Shown here in pieces: positions 27,559-38,876 of a stretch of DNA of 64,000 nt. Position numbers and translations under genes: made by a program. The stretch comes from Promethearchaeia archaeon (GTDB taxonomy: Archaea > Asgardarchaeota > Lokiarchaeia > Sigyniarchaeales > SOKP01), in the NCBI GenBank assembly GCA_029856045.1, contig JAHQWG010000001.1, forward strand, positions 1 through 64,000. Reading direction: 5' to 3'. Within the stretch, counting starts at the first letter, position 1; every line of letters starts with the position of its first letter. Under the pieces are notes generated by a model, which made no database searches, was not told the origin of the DNA, and worked only from the letters and a program-made list of their open reading frames with translations.

Positions 27559-29057
27559 GTAAAAATAAGGGAAAATTTGATTTCCGTCCTTCTGGGGTAA
27601 TTCCTGCGCTAGTTACACCATTCAATAAGGAGGATGAATCGATTAATGAAGAGAATTTACGCAATCTAGTAGATCATCTGATTGAACAAGGAGTAACAGG
27701 TCTCGTTCCATGTGGCACAACCGGTGAATTCGTGAATATGACGTTTGAAGAGCGACTGAAAGTAATCGAGATTGTTGTGGATGAGGCGAATGGGAGAGTC
27801 CCAGTTATTGCAGGAACAGGAGAATCGGGAACTAAACTCGTCATCGATGCTACTAGGGCAGCTACTGATATTGGTGCAGATGCAGCTATCATAGTTACAC
27901 CTTATTATCTTAAGCCTAAAGCAAAGGGTTTATATGATCATTATTTCACGATAACTGAAAAGACAGATATTCCTCTTGTGTTGTATAATATTCCTCCTTG
28001 CACAGGGGTTAATTTACCTTGGACAGTGGTAGAGGATCTTGCCGATATTGACAATATTGTAGCTATTAAAGATTCAAGTGGTGATTACAAATATTTTTCC
28101 GCATTATTGGAAAAAGTAAGTGATCGAATCTCAGTCATTATTGGATGGGATGAGAATGTCTTGGCAGCGCTGGCTGGTGGAGCTGCAGGGATGATTCTTG
28201 CCTCAGCTAATGTAATTCCAAAGATTTGGCTCGAACTTTATAATCATGTGAAAAACAACCGTCTTGAGGAAGCTCAGGTTCTTCAGAAAAAGATTCAAAA
28301 ATTTACTCGAATGATAGTAAGTTCTGGTGCATTAGGACCTAAAGAGTGTTTGAATATGATGAATATTCCTGTTGGTGTTACTCGACAGCCGGTAATAATG
28401 GGTGATACACTTTCCTATGAGCTTTGGGATGAATTTAGAATAGAATTGGAGAAGTTAGGTTTGCTCAAAAAGAAGGAAATTAAAATTGAAGTTGCCGAGA
28501 AAGAACTTACGAGTCGTTTTTATTCTATTGATATTACTCCTCAAATAATTTCAGACTTTAGTTTAAGGGTTGGTGAATCACTCGTAGGAAATAGAGCCGA
28601 ACTTGCTCATGTAGACCTTCTTATTGGTGATAAGAAAGGTCCTGTTGGTGAAGCATATGCTCGTTCCCTAACACATCCTGCGAAAGGACGGGAAGGTCTT
28701 CAAGTGATTCTTGAACCTAACATGCAAGTCAAACCGGCAACAGTAATGATTCCTACAGTTAAGGTCCAGTCGCTACGTCAAGCAAGTCTCGTTTATGGAC
28801 CTGCACAAGCAGCCGTAGGGAAAGCGGTAATGAAATGTGTGGAAGATGGTATTCTTCCTAAAGATGCTTCAGAAGATTTAGTGATTATTGCAAATGTTTT
28901 TGTGCATCCTAGTGCAAGTAGTCGCAAAAGAATTTTTATTAACAACTATAAAGCAACCCGAAACGCTATTCGAAAGGCGATGGAAGGTTTACCAACAGCA
29001 GATGATGGTATAAAGAATGCAGAGAGTGCTCGACACCCATTTAGAAATGATCCATAA
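27555..29057 (+). CDS. Fusion: DapA/NAL-family class I aldolase + formaldehyde-activating enzyme (Fae)
   Basis: N-terminal GTTGE, TPYY, YNIP, IKDSSG (Schiff-base Lys); from about 28565 [39 protein letters not shown] = Fae. Confidence 0.92.
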   Translation: MSKNKGKFDFRPSGVIPALVTPFNKEDESINEENLRNLVDHLIEQGVTGLVPCGTTGEFVNMTFEERLKVIEIVVDEANGRVPVIAGTGESGTKLVIDATRAATDIGADAAIIVTPYYLKPKAKGLYDHYFTITEKTDIPLVLYNIPPCTGVNLPWTVVEDLADIDNIVAIKDSSGDYKYFSALLEKVSDRISVIIGWDENVLAALAGGAAGMILASANVIPKIWLELYNHVKNNRLEEAQVLQKKIQKFTRMIVSSGALGPKECLNMMNIPVGVTRQPVIMGDTLSYELWDEFRIELEKLGLLKKKEIKIEVAEKELTSRFYSIDITPQIISDFSLRVGESLVGNRAELAHVDLLIGDKKGPVGEAYARSLTHPAKGREGLQVILEPNMQVKPATVMIPTVKVQSLRQASLVYGPAQAAVGKAVMKCVEDGILPKDASEDLVIIANVFVHPSASSRKRIFINNYKATRNAIRKAMEGLPTADDGIKNAESARHPFRNDP

Positions 29058-29139
29058 GGAAATGAATTAATTATATTATAAATGAATAAAAAAAAGGGAT
29101 AAATTATAATCGATCAATAATCGATATAACTAACCAAAA

Positions 29140-32100
29140 TTAATTTATTATTTTTTTTCTTTTCTTCCGAATTCTTATTACAACAATAGATATAACGACT
29201 CCACTAGTAATTCCTCCAGCAATCAGTACGATAAATAGCATCGGAAAATCTCCTTCTCCGTGTGAACTAGCACCTACATATGCCTGAAAACAAGGATCAT
29301 TATATACCTCGTAACCATCCCATTTTGAAAATCCAACACTCATAAAATAAAGTTCTGCATCGAAATTGAAAGATGTACATGATTGTTCACTGTCGCTCAT
29401 AAAAGCACCTGAAAAGGTACTTATAGGTGTCGTAAAAACTGCCACTTTTAGATTTTTTGATGTATTAAAACTCCACGTATAGGGTGATCCTAATTCTGCT
29501 TTAGCAAAAGTATTTTCAGTATCGTTTAATACCATAGAAAATGATTCTGACATTGTCTGATTATCATTATTTATTGTTTGATTATTGTCATCAATTATTT
29601 GCGTTTCTTCGCCATTATCGTATTTATCTTCATAATACATACTAGCTTTTCCACTAAACACATAATAAGTTAAACTAAGTGAGTAGTTCTCAAGATTATT
29701 CATGCCCCCGGGACAATGAGGAGTCCAATCTCCAACCCATTGGTCAATTTTAAACTCTGTGTTATAATATAAGCCATTAACAGTATCATTTCCTTTGAAA
29801 TGTACCATAAAATCTAATTTATCAATCGTAACTTCTACTGGTTTATCTGCAAATCCCTTGAAATCTGATCCATCGACAACACCGTCATACCAATCCCACA
29901 TTGACCTAAAATTCTGATTATTGAAGGGATAAGTTGTCCCATTAATAGTAGAGAATTTTACTCCCCAATCAATATTAGCAGCACCTATGAAAGTATAAAC
30001 ATCAACTGATTTAGTTATGGGTTCATCGTATATCCAATATTCTCTTGTTTCTTGATAATGATCGGTAGCATTGGAAATATCAGGTGTAATGAATGAAACG
30101 TTATCCACATTTGATGGGACAAAGAAATGTGTTATTTCAGAATCCAATCCAATATCCATGAATCCATCATTATCACCATCTTTATAGAGCATCATACCAG
30201 CGTATTCATATCGGTTTGTAACATAAGCTGATTTAATTTCTTGCTTACTGCTATCCGCATAGAAATCCGCCCAGTAATTTTGGTCTAGGTTAAATTCTAT
30301 CCATGTCCATTCATGACTATTATCATTTACCCAATCCCAGTTGTATTTCTCCGCTTCAGCAATAACATCTTCCCAAGTACGGTTCTTTACCATACGGTCA
30401 AGTTCCCAATAACCTGGACGTCCAAAGCCGTTCTCATCAAGAACCGTGTTAATTATTCCATCCATTTCAGCGGAAGTCAACGTCGAGTATGTACCATCTG
30501 CTTTAAGCCAAGTATACTCTTCTGACCATTCATAGGTCCAATTCATATTATTGATACCCATTGAAGAATGTATTTGCATTTCATTACCAAAAACAGATGT
30601 TATTGGATTATATTCGATTTCTAACTCTAAAACATTTCTTGTATGTGAAAATGTATCTTTAGATTCATATGTTCGATATATATAATACTGATCATCTGTA
30701 GTGGACAAATCTCCATCAAGATCAAGGGCACCTTCATCTGTAGTTGTAAACATTCTATATCCCCACATGTTATTTGTTGGAGTCCCAAAAATTAAATTAT
30801 AAGTATCCTTAATTTGTAAGATATCTTGTCTTTGTAAAAACAAACCATATTGATGACCCCAAATTGTTTGATATAACTGTATAAAGCTGTTCTCCATTTG
30901 AACAAGATAATTTTCTGAATCAATCGTAATATTGTATATATTTTTCCAGCTATAAGCTTCCTTTGTCGTCCAATCATAATTAGGGTTCTTGATCACTTTC
31001 CAAGTTCCAGGTACGATTTCAGCTTCAAGAATTGCCATATAATTATTACGCATGAAATTTTCTATGCCCCCCCATTCGTTATAAAATGTAAAATTATTGT
31101 AGAAATAAGTATCGCTTCTAAATGTAAAATTTATTGTGTTTTGACCATCAACTGACCAAAAATCTGGCTCGCTCCAGTTAATTGGGTGGGAGTAATACAT
31201 TCCACTCGTTTCATTATAAAGATTCAAATAATATTCTGTGTTTTGAGGTATATATTCTAAAATAGCTTGATATTCATCAACCAATTCGATAAAAGCATTA
31301 TCCGGGATCTCTAGAAAACTACCATTTAATAAAAGTAGGATTTTCTTTGAATGGTTCCAATATTCCCAACAATTAATTGACAGGATATCCTTCATCCAGA
31401 TTTCGTCATATCCAGTAACATGATTATAAGTTTTTACTGTTAAATTGAAAATTGGAATATAATAGCTTACAACGACATTGATTTGAGTACCGTTTATCAG
31501 TGTTAAGAAAAAGCTTCCGTTTTCAGCATAAAAGTTATCAATTCCAAAATGTTCTAAATCATATTTCTGAGTTACAAGTATTTGCTCTGATAAAACTTCT
31601 ATAGCACCTTCCTTTTTGAATGAGTTATAAGAATGAACACCATAAGGTATAGATTCACCGATAACAGTAAGGTTAAAATTCGGTGTTCCATTAATCATTG
31701 TAACCAAACCTTTATGAATTTCTAAATCTTTAATGATTTCGCTACCTATAACGATATCTCCATTAATTGGTTCTTGATTGCTAAATGTTAAATTCTCCAT
31801 CAAGTATAACTCACCATTAATATTTACAAAATATAAAACAGGAATGACACCATAATGCACCCAATCTCCTTCAGATAAACCGCTAACTGTCGCTTCCATT
31901 TCATAGCGTTCATTTACATTAGCGTTTGGATAAGGTAAAATATACTCTTGATTATCTTTAATCGTATAATAATATGGTCTGATAATATTATCCCAGTTAT
32001 GATGATATCCATTGTATCTGAGAGGTATTAAAATCTCTGATTCATTATAATTTACTCTATATGCTTCCATATAATCCGAGAGATAATGCTCTACTCCATC

Positions 32101-35100
32101 AATAATAACCTTGTTGTTGGTTCCATATTGTTCATTCCAATCACTTGTAACCACAGTATATTTGGTGCCGTCAGTAGCAATTATATACTGTTCTCCATTA
32201 AACCATTGAATCCCTTGTGAAGATATTTCCAATCGAGTAATTCCATCTAAAACAACAAAATATACGCGGTTCTCCCAAGCTCGAGCTTCTTCTGAAAGAG
32301 TTAATTGATCAACATTTTCAATTGTTCTAAGATGGGTGTTTTCAGCAAGCCAATAATTATTAGGATCTCCATAACTATGTATAATATCTCCTCCAGTTTC
32401 ATTCCATTCGGTATATTCCGATATATAATGAAGAGTTCCTTCAATATCAACAAAATAATAAACCGAATCATACACTGCATCATCCCAGTATTGACTTGGT
32501 TTATTCATAAATGTTTGGAATGTGTCAATCGTACTACTATCATTTAAGGTCACTGTATAAATATTAACTTTCTCCCCTTCATAAAATATAATCCTCTCAT
32601 CGGTTGTGGCATCTTTATAATAGAAAAATTCCTGGTTAGTTTGCCAATCCCAATCGTAGTACATTATTAACTCATGAATTTTATTATCCCCATCGGTATA
32701 CTGACTGACATCTAAGGGTCTGGTTTCACCATCAATTTCCACATATGGCATTTCATACATTATATATGAAGAACCATTGATTACTACAAAATTTCCCAAC
32801 TTTGGATCCTCAATATAATTTTTTTCTCCACCATTTTCATAGTAAAAGATATCTTTATTGATCCACTGGAGTGATTTGTACTCACCCCAAGGCTTATCAT
32901 AATCATATCCCCATGCTTCTTTAAGAAATTCAACATCCCAATTATAAGAAGCTTCTGGTGCTCCTTCTAGGATGGTGATATTTAAATCTATAAATGTCCC
33001 CTGAGATGATGTATAATTTGATACATCATTAATTACTAGAAACTCTATTTCTGAAGAAATTTCAGTTTCTTTACCTCTCCAAGGAAGCCAACCTTTTACC
33101 CATTCGCCTTCTTCTTGATTGAATTGATATTCCTGCCAATGCCAATCTGTCACTTCACACCATTCCCAAGAATCATAAGTTCCATTAACCCATATATCGA
33201 TCCCAAGAGTTTCATCATATTCCCAATGCCATCCTTCCTTCTCTACTTTAACCCAGTCTTGGTAAGTGGAATTCTCCCAAACTTGTTTATTAGTACGATT
33301 ATAAGCTTCAAATGTAGTTTCCTTTGACTTAAGATTATAGGTGACATAAATTTCTATCTCTGACCACATATCTATTTCAGTAGTCCATTTTGATTCCCAA
33401 CAATTAAGTCGAAAGCCCAATCCATCAATCGAATTGAAAAAATCACTTGAACCTTCTAATTTATTGCGAATTACGAATGGTTCACCTGGTTTCATGTTAT
33501 AGAATGGTTTATCCCATTTAACATTGGAATTATCTACAATCCATGTATTAACTTGAGGCTGATTGACCCCAATCTGACCACTTGTCATATCGCTATTCCA
33601 ATGTTCGTTTCCATCAACATCAATTAATCCAGTGTCATACCAAATTTGAGTTTCTGATGCTAACAGAATATCCGTGAAATATCCTGTAAATTCAACAATA
33701 GTACGTTGTTCTGTATCTAAATATTTATTAGTACTATATAATTTGAAGAAATTTTCAATTTTATTGCTTATATTCAAATTATTTAAATTAAACACTCTTG
33801 CCCCTCCCATATATGGATCATTTGGATTTTCAGCCCAATATTCAAAACCGACTTTTAAGGAAAACTCATCGGTATTTTCATTGTAAATCAAAAAGAATTG
33901 ATTACTCACCCATTCTTGCCATAAATTTTCAACCCAAACAGGACTTCCACTACTCCAATCCCATCCAGATCTATTTATCATCTGAGAACTTTGCTGCCAA
34001 CAATCTATCCATGTTTTTACTTCATAAAATCCATAAACTTGTTGAGTTGTTGTGAGATTTACGGTAGAATCATAGAGATATGTTCCAGAACTTTCATTGT
34101 AAACCCATCCTCCCATATGAGTCACTTTCTCTTCATGCCATCCTTCAACAATGGAAGTGTTTGTATATCCATTAGGAATGTTAAGTTTTACAAAAATAAA
34201 TCCTGGTGAAATGCTCTTAGATATATTAAAACGAAAAGTCAATAGTTCTTCGATACCTACAGTGTTTGTTTCCTTACCAGCTGAGTCTATCGTTTTTACT
34301 CCCCATTTGCCACCAAAACCCCACCAAGGATCAAATTCTGTAGGCTCTCCAACACCAATCCATTTTTCGGGGCTATCATTTGATTCAAAATCCCATGAAG
34401 AAAAGCCCCACATGTTAATTCTTTCACCTCTATTTGAATATACGCCCATTTCCACCCTATAAGTTCCTAAATAGACCCGTTCGTTGAATTTTCCGTTCCA
34501 TTTAACTTCCCAAGTTTTAGTGAAGTTATTATAAATAGCTTCACATTGATTCCAATTAATGGTATAAAAACTTTCAGGTTCTTCCCATTTCTGAGCAGAA
34601 TTTGGTTCTTCGGCTGACATTTTTAATCTTATTGGCAAAGATTCATATTCATTAGTTTCACTACTAGAAAGTGTACCCTCAAAACCCTCACCCATAGTAT
34701 TATTCTGTTGCCATGAATGAACTTCCCATTGCCAACCTTCCTCATATACAATTTCTTCTGAAGAGCTATAATACCAATCCCAAATTATGCTTGGATGGAC
34801 AACATAAAACATTAGGTTTAAATCTGCCGTAAGAAGTGCATCTCCAAAAAAATTCGGATTATTATTTGTTTCATCATTATATTTATCCATATGCCAGTGA
34901 ATTTCAACAGCTCCTAGACTCCTATTGAATTTACCTTTAAAAATTGCTTCAGGTATAAATCCACGTACTATAAATTCTTCATTAATATTTACGTACTCAG
35001 CGTTTTGATTGATTTCTGTTCCATTTAAATGTTCTATTCGAAATTGTGCTTTGGGTCCAAATTCCCAAGATGAGTCGTCCCAAGTCCAATTATTAGTATA

Positions 35101-35238
35101 TGTTTCATCTATAATATCCCAATTCAACTTAGACTCCGTAATTCCAGGACTTTGAGCAAGAGAAAAACTAGGTAGAAAGTAACTTATTAAAAGCACTGTG
35201 CAAAAAATACTTCCCTTTGTGTATTTATTTAATTTCAT
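29140..35238 (-). CDS. Giant Trp/Tyr/Asn-rich extracellular protein with signal peptide and C-terminal TM anchor (2032 aa)
   Basis: N-terminal signal (..SFSLAQ), C-terminal hydrophobic helix followed by RIRKKRKK, many NxS/T sequons, DLDGD and DGDNDG motifs. Confidence 0.85.
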   Translation of the reverse strand: MKLNKYTKGSIFCTVLLISYFLPSFSLAQSPGITESKLNWDIIDETYTNNWTWDDSSWEFGPKAQFRIEHLNGTEINQNAEYVNINEEFIVRGFIPEAIFKGKFNRSLGAVEIHWHMDKYNDETNNNPNFFGDALLTADLNLMFYVVHPSIIWDWYYSSSEEIVYEEGWQWEVHSWQQNNTMGEGFEGTLSSSETNEYESLPIRLKMSAEEPNSAQKWEEPESFYTINWNQCEAIYNNFTKTWEVKWNGKFNERVYLGTYRVEMGVYSNRGERINMWGFSSWDFESNDSPEKWIGVGEPTEFDPWWGFGGKWGVKTIDSAGKETNTVGIEELLTFRFNISKSISPGFIFVKLNIPNGYTNTSIVEGWHEEKVTHMGGWVYNESSGTYLYDSTVNLTTTQQVYGFYEVKTWIDCWQQSSQMINRSGWDWSSGSPVWVENLWQEWVSNQFFLIYNENTDEFSLKVGFEYWAENPNDPYMGGARVFNLNNLNISNKIENFFKLYSTNKYLDTEQRTIVEFTGYFTDILLASETQIWYDTGLIDVDGNEHWNSDMTSGQIGVNQPQVNTWIVDNSNVKWDKPFYNMKPGEPFVIRNKLEGSSDFFNSIDGLGFRLNCWESKWTTEIDMWSEIEIYVTYNLKSKETTFEAYNRTNKQVWENSTYQDWVKVEKEGWHWEYDETLGIDIWVNGTYDSWEWCEVTDWHWQEYQFNQEEGEWVKGWLPWRGKETEISSEIEFLVINDVSNYTSSQGTFIDLNITILEGAPEASYNWDVEFLKEAWGYDYDKPWGEYKSLQWINKDIFYYENGGEKNYIEDPKLGNFVVINGSSYIMYEMPYVEIDGETRPLDVSQYTDGDNKIHELIMYYDWDWQTNQEFFYYKDATTDERIIFYEGEKVNIYTVTLNDSSTIDTFQTFMNKPSQYWDDAVYDSVYYFVDIEGTLHYISEYTEWNETGGDIIHSYGDPNNYWLAENTHLRTIENVDQLTLSEEARAWENRVYFVVLDGITRLEISSQGIQWFNGEQYIIATDGTKYTVVTSDWNEQYGTNNKVIIDGVEHYLSDYMEAYRVNYNESEILIPLRYNGYHHNWDNIIRPYYYTIKDNQEYILPYPNANVNERYEMEATVSGLSEGDWVHYGVIPVLYFVNINGELYLMENLTFSNQEPINGDIVIGSEIIKDLEIHKGLVTMINGTPNFNLTVIGESIPYGVHSYNSFKKEGAIEVLSEQILVTQKYDLEHFGIDNFYAENGSFFLTLINGTQINVVVSYYIPIFNLTVKTYNHVTGYDEIWMKDILSINCWEYWNHSKKILLLLNGSFLEIPDNAFIELVDEYQAILEYIPQNTEYYLNLYNETSGMYYSHPINWSEPDFWSVDGQNTINFTFRSDTYFYNNFTFYNEWGGIENFMRNNYMAILEAEIVPGTWKVIKNPNYDWTTKEAYSWKNIYNITIDSENYLVQMENSFIQLYQTIWGHQYGLFLQRQDILQIKDTYNLIFGTPTNNMWGYRMFTTTDEGALDLDGDLSTTDDQYYIYRTYESKDTFSHTRNVLELEIEYNPITSVFGNEMQIHSSMGINNMNWTYEWSEEYTWLKADGTYSTLTSAEMDGIINTVLDENGFGRPGYWELDRMVKNRTWEDVIAEAEKYNWDWVNDNSHEWTWIEFNLDQNYWADFYADSSKQEIKSAYVTNRYEYAGMMLYKDGDNDGFMDIGLDSEITHFFVPSNVDNVSFITPDISNATDHYQETREYWIYDEPITKSVDVYTFIGAANIDWGVKFSTINGTTYPFNNQNFRSMWDWYDGVVDGSDFKGFADKPVEVTIDKLDFMVHFKGNDTVNGLYYNTEFKIDQWVGDWTPHCPGGMNNLENYSLSLTYYVFSGKASMYYEDKYDNGEETQIIDDNNQTINNDNQTMSESFSMVLNDTENTFAKAELGSPYTWSFNTSKNLKVAVFTTPISTFSGAFMSDSEQSCTSFNFDAELYFMSVGFSKWDGYEVYNDPCFQAYVGASSHGEGDFPMLFIVLIAGGITSGVVISIVVIRIRKKRKKIIN

Positions 35239-35601
35239 TTTTTTTTGCCTTTTGTAATATTATTTTTTATGTAAATTTTTTAGAAAAAAAAGTTTTTTCT
35301 GTACATTATTGTGAATAGAAAATATTTATATATATCTTTTTTACACAAATACTTTCTATTATTGTTTTTTGTTATAAAAAAACATAAAAGTCGATCACAA
35401 TCGCTTTGAAGTTATTGATAAAAATCCTTTTACGATTGATTGCATTCCTGAAACGCAATTCGAAAAGCAATGGAAGGTTTATCAACTATACAAGATGTTA
35501 TAAAGAATGTAAAGAGTACTCAACACCTATTTAGAAATAATCTATGAGGAAATATGGTGATTTTTCTATACTGACAAATTTAAATGCATAATATGATGAA
35601 A

Positions 35602-37038
35602 TTATTCTTTTAATATTGGATTTCGGGCTGCTAGGACTGCGTCAAGACGTTTTACTGGAGTGTTGAGAGGAGCATTTTTAAGAAGCTCGGGATTTGTTTT
35701 TGCCTCATTATATATATTATTCATCACATCAATGAAATTATCCAATGAAGCTTTTGACTCAGTTTCGGTCGGTTCAATCATCATAGCACCTTTTACTATT
35801 AATGGAAAATAAATTGTTGGGGCGTATAATCCATAATCAAGAATACGTTTTGCAATATCTTCAGTAGTTACATTATTTTCTATTCCCCGGTCTGAAAGTA
35901 CAAATTCATGTTGACAGATTCGATCGTATGGAAGGTGGTATTTTTCTTTTAAAAAAACTCGCAAATAATTTGCGTTTAGAACAGAAATTTGACCCACGCG
36001 TTTTAGACCTTCGGCACCTAAGGCGAGAATATATGCATAAGCTCGTATAATAACTCCAAAATTACCCCAAAAGCACTTAATACGACCAATAGAATTGTTG
36101 GTTTTTTCTCGACATACAAATCCCTGTTCTGTGGCGATAATGGAGGGGTCAGGGAGATATGAAATGAGTTCTTTAGTAACTCCCACAGGTCCAGAACCGG
36201 GTCCGCCCCCACCATGTGGGGTTGAAAAAGTTTTATGTAAATTCAGATGGACGATATCAAATCCCATATCCTTCGGACGGCAGATACCTAACATGGGATT
36301 CAAATTAGCGCCATCATAGTAGCATAAACCTCCATATTTATGTATGATATTCGTGATATCCTTAATTTGACGGTCAAATATACCCAAAGTATTGGGATTA
36401 GTTAACATTATACCCGCTACATCGCCCTGCTGCATTGCAAATTCAATATGATCAAGTGGAACTTCTCCCATATCATTTGAGCGTACTTCGATTATTGAAA
36501 AACCTGCCATTTTTGCAGATGATGGGTTAGTTCCATGGGCGGAATCTGGTACCAAAATTTTATTTTTTTTAAGATTTTTATTCTCGAAATATTTTTTCAT
36601 TATTAAAATTCCGGTTAATTCTCCATGAGCTCCCGCAGCAGGTTGAAAGGTAAATCCATCCATACCGGTAATTTCTCTGAGCATCTCTGAGAGATGGTGC
36701 ATTAGTTCAAGAGCTCCTTGATTTTCTTCTTGAAGAGGATGTATTTGGGAAAAAGCTGGAAGTCGAGCGATCACCTCATTAATCTTTGGATTATATTTCA
36801 TAGTGCACGAACCAAGCGGATAAATTCCTGAATCTATCCCATAATTTCTCCTACTCAACTCGGTATAATGGCGGACAATTTCTACCTCTGGAATATCGGG
36901 TAAGGGTAAATCTTCTCGTTGAAAAAATGAGGGTATTATTTCGAGTAAATCAACTTTATCTATATCCATTTCAGGAATGAAATTATGTTGAGAGCGTTTA
37001 GTACCTTTGTTAAAAATCAAAGTCAGGTTTGAAGTCAT
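35602..37038 (-). CDS. gcvPB: Glycine dehydrogenase subunit 2 (P protein beta)
   Basis: YPLGSCTMKYNPK, SAHGTNP, HLNLHKTFSTPHGGGGPG. Confidence 0.97.
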   Translation of the reverse strand: MTSNLTLIFNKGTKRSQHNFIPEMDIDKVDLLEIIPSFFQREDLPLPDIPEVEIVRHYTELSRRNYGIDSGIYPLGSCTMKYNPKINEVIARLPAFSQIHPLQEENQGALELMHHLSEMLREITGMDGFTFQPAAGAHGELTGILIMKKYFENKNLKKNKILVPDSAHGTNPSSAKMAGFSIIEVRSNDMGEVPLDHIEFAMQQGDVAGIMLTNPNTLGIFDRQIKDITNIIHKYGGLCYYDGANLNPMLGICRPKDMGFDIVHLNLHKTFSTPHGGGGPGSGPVGVTKELISYLPDPSIIATEQGFVCREKTNNSIGRIKCFWGNFGVIIRAYAYILALGAEGLKRVGQISVLNANYLRVFLKEKYHLPYDRICQHEFVLSDRGIENNVTTEDIAKRILDYGLYAPTIYFPLIVKGAMMIEPTETESKASLDNFIDVMNNIYNEAKTNPELLKNAPLNTPVKRLDAVLAARNPILKE

Positions 37039-37041
37039 TGT

Positions 37042-38382
37042 TTAATTCCCTCCTATGTTTTTGTTAGAAGCTTTTTCAGCTGCATGAATGAATTTTTCTA
37101 TATCCTCCCGAGAATTGCTCTCAGTCACACATACAAGTATAATATCTTTCATATCAGGAAAATACTTCGATATCATTAGAGGTGGAAGCAGATTTTCCTG
37201 TTTGCATTGTTCAATTAGTTCATGAACATTTGGACATTTAACTAAAAATTCATTATATGTTGGTTTCTTATTTAATATTTGATAGCCTGGAATGGTTGCT
37301 AATTTTTGCTTAACATAATGAGATTTTTGAAAATTTTGAAGAGCAATCTCTTGAAGACCTGTTTTTCCTAATGAAACGAGATAAATTAACGAGGCTAAAG
37401 CACACAGTGCTTGGTTCGTACAAATATTTGAAGTGGCTTTCTCACGACGTATATGTTGTTCGCGGGTTTGTAAAGTTAATATGAATCCCTCCCGTTCTCC
37501 ATTGATTTCATTAGTTTTACCAATCAACCGACCCGGCATTTTACGCAAATATTTTTGCTTAGATGCAAAAATTCCTAACCCTGGACCACCAAATGATGGT
37601 GAAATACCAAAAGATTGTCCTTCAGCAACAAAAATATCAATATCGGATTTTCCTGGAGGTTTTAACACGCCTAGGCAAGTAGGATCGGTCATTACTTGAA
37701 TAATTAAACATTTGGGAGCTTTATCTCTAATTTTTTGAACTAATTCTGTGATATTTTCGATGCCACCAAAAAAATTTGGACTCTGGAATAGAACAGCTGC
37801 AACACTTTCATCTAATTTTGAGATGAGTGCATCCTCCATAACAACTTCAAAATGGATGTCTTGCCCCCAGCAATAGGTCTTAACAACTTCTACATATTCC
37901 GGATGAATTCCTTCAAGTAAAATAATTTTTTTTTTCTTTGCTGCTACAGTTGCCATAATTGCAGCTTCAGCTAGAGCAGTGGAGCCGTCATACATACTCG
38001 CATTAGCAACATCCATCTGGGTAAGCCGTGTAATTGCTGTTTGATACTCATAAATGGCTTGTAAATACCCTTGACTGGCTTCTGCTTGGTAGGGGGTATA
38101 GGCAGTATAAAATCCCGAAAGGTTGATTACGAAGTCCACCAATGAAGGAATATAATGGTAATAGCAACCGGCTCCTAGAAAAGAACTTGAATAAATTTTA
38201 TTTTTACGTGAAAGTTCTTCTAATCGCCGTAAAAGATCTGGTTCAGACAAACCATGAGGTAGGTTTAATTTTTTTAATAATAAATCGGCTGGAATATCTT
38301 GAAATAACTCCTCTAAGGAATTAATACCGATGGAAGTTAACATCTCGGTAATTGTTTCTTTATCATGAAGTATAAAATCCAT
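37042..38382 (-). CDS. gcvPA: Glycine dehydrogenase subunit 1 (P protein alpha)
   Basis: YTAYTPYQAEASQG, ANASMYDG, TREQHIRREKATSNICTNQ. Confidence 0.97.
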   Translation of the reverse strand: MDFILHDKETITEMLTSIGINSLEELFQDIPADLLLKKLNLPHGLSEPDLLRRLEELSRKNKIYSSSFLGAGCYYHYIPSLVDFVINLSGFYTAYTPYQAEASQGYLQAIYEYQTAITRLTQMDVANASMYDGSTALAEAAIMATVAAKKKKIILLEGIHPEYVEVVKTYCWGQDIHFEVVMEDALISKLDESVAAVLFQSPNFFGGIENITELVQKIRDKAPKCLIIQVMTDPTCLGVLKPPGKSDIDIFVAEGQSFGISPSFGGPGLGIFASKQKYLRKMPGRLIGKTNEINGEREGFILTLQTREQHIRREKATSNICTNQALCALASLIYLVSLGKTGLQEIALQNFQKSHYVKQKLATIPGYQILNKKPTYNEFLVKCPNVHELIEQCKQENLLPPLMISKYFPDMKDIILVCVTESNSREDIEKFIHAAEKASNKNIGGN

Positions 38383-38442
38383 TCTATCGATCTCATTTAG
38401 ATGGTAATAGTTGGATTAATCTAATAAATAAAAAAAATACTA

Positions 38443-38838
38443 TTAATCTTCCTCTTTTTCGATCATTTCTTGATATATTTCAACCGAGAGAAGATTTTTT
38501 ATTTCATCTGGGTTTGATATTTTAATTTTCATTATCCAGCCCTCCCCGTACGGTGAAGAATTCACAAATGCTGGATTATCGGCGATGTTTTCATTTATCT
38601 CAATAACTTCTCCCGTTAATGGGAAAAATAATTCACTTACCGCTTTAACGGACTCAATTTCACCAGCAACACTGCCTTTTTCTAACACTACTCCTATTGC
38701 AGGAAGTTCAACATATACAATATCTCCAAGTTTATGTTGTGCGTAGTCAGAAATTCCAACAGTTGCCATATCTCCATCCATTCTAACCCACTCGTGAGTT
38801 GGTGCATATTTTAAATCTGCAGGAAATTTAAGATCCAT
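38443..38838 (-). CDS. gcvH: Glycine cleavage system H protein
   Basis: THEW, LGDIVYVELP, IESVKA (lipoyl Lys), PYGEGW. Confidence 0.97.
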   Translation of the reverse strand: MDLKFPADLKYAPTHEWVRMDGDMATVGISDYAQHKLGDIVYVELPAIGVVLEKGSVAGEIESVKAVSELFFPLTGEVIEINENIADNPAFVNSSPYGEGWIMKIKISNPDEIKNLLSVEIYQEMIEKEED

Positions 38839-38876
38839 CCTTATTCACATTAATCTTGATTTTTATTCAAATTTTA

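Noticed and set aside
27555-28465. Calling the aldolase domain dapA (true DHDPS)
   Set aside because: The substrate-binding Arg is replaced by Cys, no lysine-pathway genes are nearby, and it is fused to Fae.
35380-35592. Possible decayed gene fragment between the surface protein and gcvPB
   Set aside because: Only short open frames (under 40 codons) with no recognisable homology; cannot be supported as a pseudogene.
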